Positions 11,020 through 27,615 of a stretch of 64,000 nucleotides of DNA are shown here, piece after piece; positions within the stretch are counted from its first letter, which is position 1, and each line of letters opens with the position of its first letter. This DNA is from Ramazzottius varieornatus. Taxonomy: Eukaryota > Animalia > Tardigrada. The stretch lies in NCBI GenBank assembly GCA_001949185.1, contig BDGG01000011.1, forward strand, positions 264,123 through 328,122, written 5' to 3'. The translations under genes and the position numbers were made by a program. Under the pieces are notes generated by a model, which saw nothing but the letters and a program-made list of their open reading frames with translations, was not told the DNA's origin and did not search any database.

Positions 11020-13136
11020 TGCGATGGTTTAGACGTACCAGCAACAGCAGCACTAAAAGCCTAGTACAACTTTCTAGTTTAAGTTACAATTTCTCCTCGA
11101 GATAGCCAGAAGGTCCCGAGGAGTCAGTCTTCGGAACGAAACACTCGTTGTTTCAACGGTGTTGGGAACAGTACTGTACACTCTTCCAGATTTGCGTCAT
11201 AATGCTAGGCTAAAATATTGCACGACAATCGTTTAGTACTGCAACCTCTCGTCGTCGCTAACGAGTGGAGTAGACGCGTAATACTGCCCGGGATAGCTTG
11301 TTTTTTACTGAGTAACAGACGTCAAGGAACATCTGGTAGGCAATTTGCGTTCAAAGCTCGACGCAATCTGCGCCGAACCTCGTAATCACACTTGAAAGCT
11401 GTCAGAACTAGCGGCCACAGCCAGTTCCATCCCGACTTGGCTCGAGAAGCAAGATAAACAACTGAAACGAGGAAACGGTTCACAGTTAGTACAGTGTCAA
11501 TTGACATTTGACCCCTTTGGAGTTTGGACCCCGCGTAGCCTCTAAGTCCACCCTGGGTTCGTTTGGGGCCAACATTGAGCTACTGGTTGAGCCTTTGGGC
11601 AGCCCTCCTGCCGCCTGAACTATTGATTTTAGCCGGTTTTATTAGGCTGACTTTTTGACTGGCTGTTCAGAACGTGACGTATCAGCACGCCTGACGCCTG
11701 TGTAGGGTGACGTACAAGGCTCATATGCGATCGTTTGATCGCTCTGACTGACACGTGCTCGCAGTCTTCGGACTGGTGCCCGAAAGAGCTTCCCAAACTT
11801 CCGAAAACTGCTGACTCACACAGCACTCTGGCAAGCTCTTCCGGGATTTTCCCTCAGTTCAACTTGCCTATATTGTAGGCAACGTTGTCTGTGCACTGTG
11901 CTTGCTGGCACAGAAACGTACGCCGTCGTACAACACTCGTTTGATACGAACCATATACATTCACTCGCGGCGGGCACGGCGGTGTTTTGAATTATTAAAA
12001 GTGGCTATACTATTGATGTTCTGTGCGACAGGAGGACCCAGCAGCAATATTTCGGTTCCGGCAGCCTATTTGTGGTCACAACGTTTTTTAGCTCCGAACC
12101 AGGCTTTTTCGACATGAATTTTCCAGCAGTTTTAAGGGGCATTGAGTGCTAGCTTCGCCACGGATAGAAGTTACACAAAACTGTTCGCGCTTTTGAGAAG
12201 AGCTTGCCGAAAAATCTGGGGGTGATTAGTAGCTGAAGCACCCCCACATGGGAGTTTATTGTTAGAACAGATGCAGACGCACATTCGGGCCGTATGATGT
12301 CGTTGTGACGTCAAAAGTCTGTCAGTCGGAACTTCGAATCACTTCAGACTTGTCTGACGAAGTCATCTGACCACTGGTCACAATGGTGTCCCTCGATGTT
12401 TGCTACACTACATTGCATCAGCCGTTAAACTTTGCCCTTGGGGTCCCAAAACCTTAAAGTCGATTCCTGAACAATTTGGTCGACGATCGTTATGCCCAAA
12501 AACGGGCTGCCGTATCTCCTTTCCATACACTCATTTTACGGATCCACAGCATTACATTATCCACAGCAAAATTGAAAATTCGCACTTACGCAACTCCAAA
12601 AGAGGAAACGTTGATTAAATCTCGATGCCATTCGCTCATCATAACTACTGGCTGCTCCATATAACCCTTGCGAATCATAATGTATTCATATAGTCGCACA
12701 AAGTATTCGTAGTGGCTCGGTGCACGAACTTCTACACGAACAATTTCTTGTGCACGAGCATTTAGTGCGTACCATGATTAATATGAGTGACAGCTCGTGC
12801 AGATTTTTCCTTTACCAAAAGTGTGTTCTGGTTAATGCTAGCTGACAACGAGTTCCACATCTGCATTTGTCAAAAGAGATTCTGTAAACGTGATTAATTC
12901 ATCCACCAGAGATCATTCGTGGTGAATTTAATGAACAATGACAAACTTTATCTACAGTGCGGCTGACAAAAATTGGTCCATTTGTCATAAAGGATTTGTT
13001 TATTTAGTTCTGCGGGAAAGTGATCGATAGCGATGGGAAAGATAGCGGACCACCAGAATGAACCTTCGTTCTTCGTCGTGCACCCTCCGCAGTTCAGTTT
13101 TGCACGATTCCTCCCTCATCTACAATTTGCGCTAAG

Positions 13137-13742
13137 ATGAATATTATGTCTCACCCTTTGGTACCAAATGTCACTTCCTACAACGCGACAACCTCTGCTG
13201 CCCTACGAACTGCGAGTCTAGCCTGTTGGCTAGCGTTCTCAACACTGATTGGACTGTGTTTGCCTTTATGGGTTCTGATCAGAAGTTCTGACGTCCGAAC
13301 ACCCTTTACGTATTAGGTTCTGAATATCCTGGCGGCTGGATTGGTTCTGGTTGTTTACGTTGTGCTGATGGCTCGTGACACCGGCTACGGAGTTTCAGGC
13401 GTTGGTTGGGCGTTGTGCCTGTTGGTCGATACTCTGCTCAGTTTGGTATCGTTGGTCCTAGTTTACACTGAACTTGCCATCAGTCTCGCTCGCACCAGGG
13501 CCCTCTTCTTCCCTCCGCACTTTCGCAGCCATCAGCAAAAACATTGCGCCAAACGCCCTTGCATTGTAATCTGGGTGTCTGCGTCCGTCCTTGTGCTGCC
13601 GTTCTTGATATCGAATTATGAGTACGAGTGCCGCCAAGCAGAACCCATCGGACTATGCCTCGGTTTATCGCGCATTTTTCAGCCTAACTACTTTAAAGTC
13701 CTTGCTACTTTCTCTGCATACCTCCGGTGTCAATCGTATTGA
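13137..13742 (+). pseudogene. Intronless class A GPCR-like pseudogene fragment (about TM1-TM5)
   Basis: N-terminal NVT/NAT sequons; TM1; VRTPFTY*VLNILAA with an in-frame TAG at 13314-13316; TM3 ending LAISLARTRALFFP; TM4 VIWVSASVLVLPF. The frame ends at 13742 and no TM6/7 was found. Confidence 0.65.
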
Positions 13743-15195
13743 CGTATCCAATATTGTACCGAAAGTAGGCTAGTTTACAGAAAACTCTTCTTGTTTTCCG
13801 TCTTGCTTGCAGAACTATGTTGATTGCGTTGATCTAGCAGGCGACTTGCTAAATTTCACTTTCAAGATGAGCAGCTGAGGGCTATTTATCTCGAAAGTGA
13901 AATCAGCTGGTCTCATGCACGCTTCACTCGAGATCTCAGAATTTCACTTCTCAGTTGATTTCCGATTCCCCGTGCTTCTCATCGCGAGACATCTTTCCTC
14001 GGTCGGGGTTCTCAACACCTATTATCTTCGAGGATATCAGAGACAGAGAGTAGCTAGAAAGAAAGTCTGGAGTTCCAGCCCAGTCAGGAGGCAAAGTATG
14101 CCCACAAACCCACCCCGCAGAACTCGCGCATTTCCTGTTTGTTACGCGCTGTTTTCGAAATTCTGAATTTTACTCAATCACGTTTGATTTGGGGTATTCA
14201 AAATAATAAAGCAAGCAGTTTTCCACTTGAACAAGTTTTTGAACCCCATGGTACGGTAAGGTCACTGAAGTGCCCGAAACACCTGGTGCCCAGAGTGTTG
14301 ATGATTTGATAATGCGCTGCTTGCGTCCGACTTCGTTTGAACGCTTTGCGGGAGTTTGCGTCACATTTAGGAGAGTGATGACATGACACGGTAAACGAGT
14401 TGACTATAGACCGTCCCATCCGGGCTTCGGGGATGCGACCAATTACGAAAGCTGTGCAGGTCTTGGTGAGCGATTCTCCATCCTTCCGATGCAATACCTC
14501 GCGGATATACGGGCCATCTCAGGAAGTCACTGAAACGAAACTGCGATCAGCCTGCGTTTAGGAGAAAGACATAACCTCAACGGCAACACTTGCTGCTAGT
14601 GCTCCCGCTAACACTGAAGACACGAGGAGAAGACAAGTGACGAACAGAGGCGCAATTATTTGCGCGTTATAATGTGAGCTGCAAATCGGTTGATTAGGGG
14701 GTCCCCAACCGGGACGATCCGGCGGAGGTCGACTTTTGCCTCCACCCCAATAGGCTCCAGTTGTTTTTTCCAACTGTAAATCGAGCAGCAACTATTCCGG
14801 CAAGTGCCAAAAGGGACATGTGGGTTCGGCCAATACAATTTCGGTCAATACAGTTGATAGACCATCACCAGGCAGTGCTTCGAGGTAGAAAGAGTTCGTT
14901 CAAGATTCTGAGAACGGAGTAGAGCAAATCCGGCGCATCATCCCCCTTATAGGCCGAATGCGGCGTCGCCCATGTCACATTCCGTAGGATATCGGGGTTC
15001 AAGAATCGGGTATTAATAGCATTCGAGCTACTTGTACTGCAAAGGCTGGCTCGATGATATGGTTATTCGGCTTTGTCAGGGAGACGAAGGGAAAAGCTTC
15101 CGTACGCACTGTGCCAAACAACTTCCCCAAAAAGAATATGAGATACCCCAATTTTGTTCTGCATACCAATTCTGTTATCGTACCATCGTTAACTA

Positions 15196-15933
15196 CATCC
15201 CACCCAAGCCAACTCGCTACCACCTGGCATTTGGACGAGGAAAGAATGCTACATTCCCGTTCGTGCTTCCCGTTTCTCCATACAACTTTTCAAGCTGCTT
15301 CGACTGAGCTACAGTATGATTCGTTCAGTTATGGTGACAAGCTGATTGAAAAACTTGACTACTATGACTTCCAATGGGGAAGACATACCGCCAAGGCGTA
15401 AAACGCAGTCTGCAAAATTCCATGCTTAGTTCTTATCCTGACATTGATGTAAATAAACATATAACTATTCTAATAGCCGAAAAGAATTGAGAAGGACCAG
15501 AAAAGGTCCAAGCAAATTTGACAAACGATTTAAAACCGTCGAATAGGACCGTTTTGCTGGGAAAACTCGTTTTCGAAAAAATTTCTGACCGTCTTCCAGA
15601 ACGTTTGATTTGCGGTTCCAGCCACTTTTCTTTTAGCTCAATGTTTGTATTAATTGTTCTTGGTAACCGTACCGCGGAATGCCAACGCAAAACTGAGAAA
15701 CAGTTTTTCGAAAACGGATCCGAAGATGACAAAAGATGGTGCGTTTTTCACTCAGCACCTCCCCGAGGTTAACGTCGATCATGACTTTCCGTAAGCAGAC
15801 TTTTTGCCAATAATTTTCCGAGAGGCAGCAAAGAGAATGCTAAACCGGGGAAAATTGATTTCGAAGTGGAAAACTAATCGAGTCGAGCTGGCCTTGGAGA
15901 AATGAGTGGTAGCAAGTTGGCTTGGGCGGGCTG
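15196..15933. mobile_element. Non-autonomous Tc1/mariner-like element (TA-flanked, ~28-bp imperfect TIRs)
   Basis: ta|catcccacccaagccaactcgctaccac (15194-15223) matches the reverse complement of 15906-15935, ta|cagcccgcccaagccaacttgctaccac, at 27/30. Both ends are flanked by TA. Confidence 0.6.
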
Positions 15934-17382
15934 TATCTACGCATTCAGTTTCAGTTTTAGCCACAGCAGTACTCAGTGGTATTACTAGGAAATTATTGTT
16001 GATGACAATAATTGTTGTTAATGCGGTAGTTGATAAGCCTTCCTTCTCTTTCAAGCTCATGGGCGGACATGGCGAAGGCTGATCAATACATACAGGCTTC
16101 CGCCCTTATGTACATTGTTCTTCCTCGTAGGTTCCCTTAATGGCATTTCTGTCTTGACCATTCGCCATGTCCGGCTGTGGGCTTCTCCCGCATAACATGG
16201 CTGTATGAGCTACATGTTCTGTCTGAAAATCCTCTCGAGAAGATGTTCTCGATGAATAACTCTAGTTTCGCTCTTTATATCGCGCGAACTTCTTACCACC
16301 ATCCCACCGTTCATGCTTTTCTCTTTTTACTTCCAATAAAAAACTGGGGTCTCTGAGCTCGCTAACGGGGCTGTTGCAGCTCAGAGCAACAGGTGGAAGG
16401 CTGATGCGCTAAGCCGTCACTTCCGCCTCGGTCTCACACACAGACTGTGAGCCAGCTCTAGTTGCATCGACGACACCCATCGATGCGTTCAGACCGTCCC
16501 AAACTGCCCAAATAAAACTACACCCTTTTTTCTGCTTATCACGTTATGTTCATTGATAAATATTTTCACGAATATTGTACGTGTCCATCTATACCGTGGT
16601 AGATCTCCGGAACGTGCTGCGGGCATGTGAACGGGATTTTTAGCACCGTATCAGTGATTCAGTATGTTCGAAGCGGAAGAAGGAGGTCGACATCCGTTCA
16701 TAGGATACGGTGAGGAGTTTACTCGGTCCGTTTGGAGACTTTACCACCTGCAGACATACTTGGAAATGATACGTCTGTAGACACCCCAAAGGTGGTGGTT
16801 CCCAGAGACAGTTTCCGGGTCTGATGGTCCCTTCGCAATGCGACCTCTACGAGTTGCTGTGGCGATGTCAGGCTTTAACCTCGCTGTGTTACATTTGTCA
16901 ACTGAATAACGTCGTCGAGGTGCATAACTTGAGCTAGTTTTGGCTTTGCCATCCCTCGACTGAATCGAGCTGAATTGCCACTGATTCTTGGCCCAACAGA
17001 CTGCCGATTACCGACCCTTCGGCAACTTTCGTACGTCAAGCTGAGCTGCTGCTTGACGATTTAACTCCAAGTATTGCAGAGACATGCATCTTTACAAGCT
17101 GGATTAATTGTACTTTGGTCTGTAAGCCGGCATATCAAAGATGATCAGATTCTTGTACTAGAACCAACTGAAGAAAAACATGGTTGGTCGTATCGATAAT
17201 CTGGTTCTATGTAACTGCCCAGCAGTATACGTAAAGAAGGAGCTCATTGTTAAGCCATATCAGCTAGCCCGCAAACGGCAAGATCTGGATAAAGCTGAAT
17301 AGTGGGGTAATAGGAACACTGGAACTGAAGATTAGACTAGAAAAAACGAAAAGAAGAAAGGTAAAGTACCGCTGGAGGTACG

Positions 17383-22457
<5,075 letters not shown>

Positions 22458-25400
22458 TCTGTATTCGGAACCAGAACAACGCCGATTTTCGCTTCCACTT
22501 ATCTGTAATCAAAAATCAATCTATTACCAGCATAATGCGGTGTGATTAAATCCACGTGCGCTCCCCAATCAATAAAAAATGGCTGATTCTGGTTGATCGA
22601 TAGCAACGATGATTTTTCTTCACGTAGCGGAAAAATTTCCGAAAAGTCAACAATAATAAAAATTAATTGGCTATTTACACGGGAGAGGGTACAATTGACG
22701 TCACGGTACTTGATGGGACAATGGTGTCCTGCGATACAACTGGGTACTCTTGAGGCTACGATGCTCGAGCTACGGCATTCCACGTTAGCATTGCCTCCGT
22801 TCGGTTCGTCGCTTGACAGGACATTGTCTAGCGGCTCGTAAAATCGTACCTGAGCTGACAGGAATGACAATGGGCAAAGCCTGCAGCCTCAGCCATTTTG
22901 CGTCACTACACCATCGGCGTACTACCGTCAGATCACACAACCCAAGACCCAAGATATTTCCAACAGATCCCGCGTCACTTTTTCCCGCAAAGAAATTGCA
23001 GTATATTATTAACAGATATTTTAAGCATGTTGTGAAAAAAATGTGAAATCCGAAGACATGTTTTCAGATGGAACGGAGGAAGTTTAGCGTCATGTATTCG
23101 TCATGTAAAGCTTGCTGGGGAAAAGATGCCTTTCGATCGAGCCTACAGAGTCACTCGTGCGCTGGCATACACAGACGCATGTTTCCTCGTCCACCTTTTC
23201 TCTTCGGCGAAAGAGATGGAACGCGAGAACGTAATGCTTAAGCACAACATCAGCCCATCGTTGAGTAACACGTGGCGGATCGATGGGGATGTAACCAGGC
23301 TGTACAAAGAGTCTTTCAAGCACAAGCTGACATGCGACGAACCATCACTTATTCAGTCTAACACACATTATAACCCCCCTGAAAATCACCAAAGGTCTGG
23401 CTAAATTACCTCAATTTCTTCCCAACAAAAAGACTGTCAAGATTTTCGTGGTATAGACTCGTTCCCAAAGACGTCATACGAAGCTTCACATTCGCTCTCC
23501 AGTTTCAACATGTTTCATAATCGCCTATCAGGCAAATCAGAGAAGACAATGAGCGAACAAGCGACGCCATACCTGGTATATTCGTAGAAAACTCCCAGTG
23601 ATGACGGTAGCAGACGTTCCCGTTGGGTGTCGAATTTACGAAGAAAATTTCTAAAGACGGCCCAGCGGAAGTGTAAGAGTGATATTCCTTCCTTCTTTTC
23701 CCGAAAAACCCGGAGGTAAGTTTAGTTTCGAACAAGTCCACACCTTGTCACAGTGCAGTCCTACGAAAACTAGTTGAATATTATATACTTTTAGTGGTAA
23801 TGAGTGTACTCTAACAACATGGCAAACAAAGACAAGTTGTCGAAGTACATAACAAACAGGCTAAAACAGCTGCCGTCATCGAAAAGTTTCCCTAGGTTAC
23901 TCATGTAATATAATTCTCCGTGATCACCTGAACAACACCTCATACAGCAACATACCTACTGTTGATGCTGGGGTACTCTCACACAAGAATCGGAACAAGA
24001 TCGAGGCATGACAAGAGGAAAGAAGGAAAAGATGGGTTCAGACATAATATGAACCGACGTCATCGTTGGCTGTAGCAGATTGCCTTATCGCCTTGATCGC
24101 TCCATAAAACTTGACCGTAATGGCGATATGCTCGCAAGAGAGGAAAGACGCGTAAAATTCCCAAGGCCTGACATCACGTTTCCACCATAACCATAAACAT
24201 GAATTATCTCCCTTACATCTGCATAGTGAAATAGATGCTTCTCAGTCGACCGACGCAAGAGCTTTTGTCGTATCCAGAATGGTGACGGAGGATGGGTGGA
24301 AAATATTGCCAAGCTGGAATCGAACAGATGTGGAACTCATACACACACGTACGGTACACAGTCGAGGCACCTGTAATGCCGTAGGACCGATCTTCGGGAC
24401 ATAGGCAATGGCAGTGCCGTAACAAGACCTTATCGACCAGAAGCGGGGTTAAGGTAATGTCAAGAAGTGTAGGTACACAGTCGGTTATATATACGCTATA
24501 CTATCGTCAGGCAGTATTCTATGCACCAGCTGTTCCGTGAATGACAGAACGCCCCAGCGATTGTGTCGTCGAAACTATCAAATGCATGTACTGTTCTCAC
24601 AATCAACAGTTCGATCAATCGTCAGGAGAAGACTGCTTTTCCCATGTACGATCTGAAGCTCAATGATCAACTTATCAATGTACAAAAAACAGGAAGTTTA
24701 CTTCCTTGTTACGAAATAGCCACATCTCGCTTACGCTGTGAAGAGACTAATACCGTATGTGTAGCGCTTGGAGGAGCAGGCCTAATTTCGCATTAACCAC
24801 GTTCCAGTAACGTCAGAAGCATAACAGATCAGCAGTGGCATGGCGTCACACTGGAGTAAATTCCCCTAAACTGGGGGGACAGCTTATCGTTATTCATTAG
24901 CCAATGGATGACTCTCCAAGGGTAGGTCTGTTTTTGTTTCCGGGTTGGGACTTGGGAGCATGACTTGTCACGATTGAAATTGAAACACAGCCTTTGATGT
25001 TAGTTGTGAGTTTCATTACACATGGACGTTCATCTCGATAGGTTGGTCGTACTGTGCATTCACGTACAGATTCCGCGTGCATGCAACATGCCTCCAGCTC
25101 TCGACGGAGAACCCGGCATTTTGTGGTTGAGCGACTGGCGCTAACCGGCTCAGTTTGTTCAAACATGAAAGGTTGACTTGAAGTTGCCTCCAGTCACTTC
25201 GTATAAAAGTCCAGAAGTGGGCACACCTTTTCCGTCACGCCATTCAGCTTGTTAACCCCAAATTGGGACGAGACTCGAACTGGGCTTTTTCTCCTTTGAG
25301 CAAATATTGTAACACGCTTACATGGGAACATAATGGATCGCATGCATCCATGGGCATGGACGGGCGACGGCGAACCTGTCCGTACATACAGCAGATACGT

Positions 25401-25469
25401 TTTGCGCGAAACTTTCTCGGACAACCCTGGCTGTGTGTGGATGCATTAACCACACGATCGATAATATAG

Positions 25470-25652
25470 ATGGAGCGATGTCACACCGTCGTCGCAGTTC
25501 TCGGTTTGTGCGGTCTATTTACTGCGTGCGCCACTGTAAACGAAGCTAGCACGACGGGGAACGGCAACGAAGTGCAGCCGGAAGCTGCCTTAGGAGACTG
25601 GAGCGAACAAGTCTGGGAAATGGAAAGCACAAGAGGGCGCCACCTCGTCTAA
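25470..25652 (+). CDS. Possible small secreted peptide (60 aa), unverified
   Basis: MERCHTVVAVLGLCGLFTACA resembles a signal peptide and is followed by an acidic segment. No homology was recognised. Confidence 0.25.
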   Translation: MERCHTVVAVLGLCGLFTACATVNEASTTGNGNEVQPEAALGDWSEQVWEMESTRGRHLV

Positions 25653-26581
25653 ATTTCCTTCACCATCGATTTCCAGTCGAATGAATGCTCTATTCGCGGA
25701 GCATGTGCTAAACTAGCTAGTGGTCCTGACCACTGGGAAGGCCGATCGAGCAGTTAGTATTGTCCGATTAACTGGCGCATCTTTTAACAGAATAGAGTTT
25801 GCGGTAAAGCCATGACTGAACATTCTGATTAGCACTGAAATCGTGGGACTTATAAAGGCCTCGCTCGCTCGGCCTGAATATACTGGGTACAGCTGAATAA
25901 CCGAAAAGCTTTTCGGTTTTCTCAGTTTCATTTTACTGAAGAATTATTGATACACGTTACTACAGAATTTGGTTTCAAGCTGGATGATACTGGTAGTTTA
26001 GGATGGAAGAAAAAAGCACAAGCAGACTACACAGATTTGAAGCGAGCTGTGATGTTTTGACCAGAACCAGTACTGTATTCTCTCCGGTAATCTCCGTACG
26101 TCACAGCCGATATTTATGTTAGGGAGTTTGCGAAGCAAGCTGTCAACTTTTCATTTACGTCACCTCACTAGGTCATTCTGACGAAAATTTGTGAACACTG
26201 ATTTACTCTCCCGAAGCGAAGTTTCTAAGTCCGGTTCTTCAATCTACTCATCCTTCACAGTAATCGTACAAGCATGTTAGAAAATCAGAGTGGGACCCGA
26301 ACAAAAAAGTTTTGCTAGAAAGAATGCAACAAATAGCTCAATGCGAATCACACTTACGATTGATTGCTTATGCTTGATTGAGTGTGAGGACGACACGGTT
26401 TTGCCGATGTGGCGTACACCGCAATCTCCCTGTTACATCGTTTGTAGAAACCGTTCGAGTGACGTACGGAGATTACCGGAGAGAATACAGTACTTGAAAT
26501 GAGGTCCAAGCAAATTAAAGCGGCGATTGCGGAAAACCCCGTTATGTATCCGGTAATATTTTCGAGAAGACGATGGCGTTT

Positions 26582-26995
26582 TTAAGCGGTATCCACCGAC
26601 TGTCCGAAATATCTCTTGTAGGCGTCCGGGTCCGCAGCCGGATTCGCAGCTTGTCTCTTTAGTCGCCGAGGACCAATGCCACCATCCATAGCCGCCGTCC
26701 ATCGGCCTTCGCTCGGTAGGTATCCCTCTTCGTTGAAGAATCCACCAAAGGGCGTATAGGCTGGAGCGCCCGATGCTCCGGCGGATGGTAGGTCGTCCAC
26801 GGAGAAGAGGTCTTGGAGGTTGTAGTTGAACTTGGGGAAGCCCATGAAACCCACTCCGCCACGCTTTCCTGGCTGCCACGAGTTACTGTACTGGAAATGT
26901 TGTCCGTTGGCCATGGTCAAGAGCCCACTGAAACAGACCACGAATAACTCAGCTATCAAGATTCTTCTGAAGAAGGAATATCCGTCGGCTGTCAT
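26582..26995 (-). CDS. Crz: Corazonin/GnRH-superfamily neuropeptide precursor (137 aa, single coding exon)
   Basis: A hydrophobic signal peptide (…ILIAELFVVCFSGLLTMANG) is followed directly by QHFQYSNSWQP-G-KR (pyroGlu start, amidation Gly, dibasic site). Compare insect corazonin pQTFQYSRGWTNa. Further RRLKR and KR sites follow. Confidence 0.88.
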   Translation of the reverse strand: MTADGYSFFRRILIAELFVVCFSGLLTMANGQHFQYSNSWQPGKRGGVGFMGFPKFNYNLQDLFSVDDLPSAGASGAPAYTPFGGFFNEEGYLPSEGRWTAAMDGGIGPRRLKRQAANPAADPDAYKRYFGQSVDTA

Positions 26996-27615
26996 TTTGA
27001 CCGCAAAGTAAAAGAACTGCTCGTGAAGCTGAAGGAAGAAGACTGTCTGCTTTTACTGTTCGGATTCCTCTTTCAAAGCTCCAGCCTTTTATGCCTGTTT
27101 TTTCCGGAAGGCGTTAGTACCTGTAATTCGTATGGGCTCAGTTCGTCGTCTTCTGTGCTACATCGTGACAGGTAATTACCAGCCTACTCCCCGTTTACAT
27201 CCGCCTGAAGACCTTGCAGTGGAGTGCATACCTGAAACTGATGGTCGGCGACGTGGGCCGGTGCCTACCGTCCTGCCAGCTCGGTCGTGTTGTGCAAGAT
27301 ATTTCAGGTTTCCGATGACACCGACCATGAATCACCGGAATTAGAACGGCCTAACTACCTGTGATGAGACTCGTAGGTTGTTGCCATAGTGCAAAACACT
27401 ATCGGATGATGCCTGTTTTTGCGGCGAGATCGGTCCAGCCAGCGCGCTAACATTACGTCCGGGGTTTCCCCGCAATACGTCAGAGCTTATACGGCACACA
27501 AAAACAACCCTTATTTTGATACAACTGGTACACGACGTTTGCAATCGATGGCAAAAAAATATAATAACGTTGAAAGCATGACCAAGAAGCGTAAGTGCTC
27601 GAGCTAGTGCGCGGC

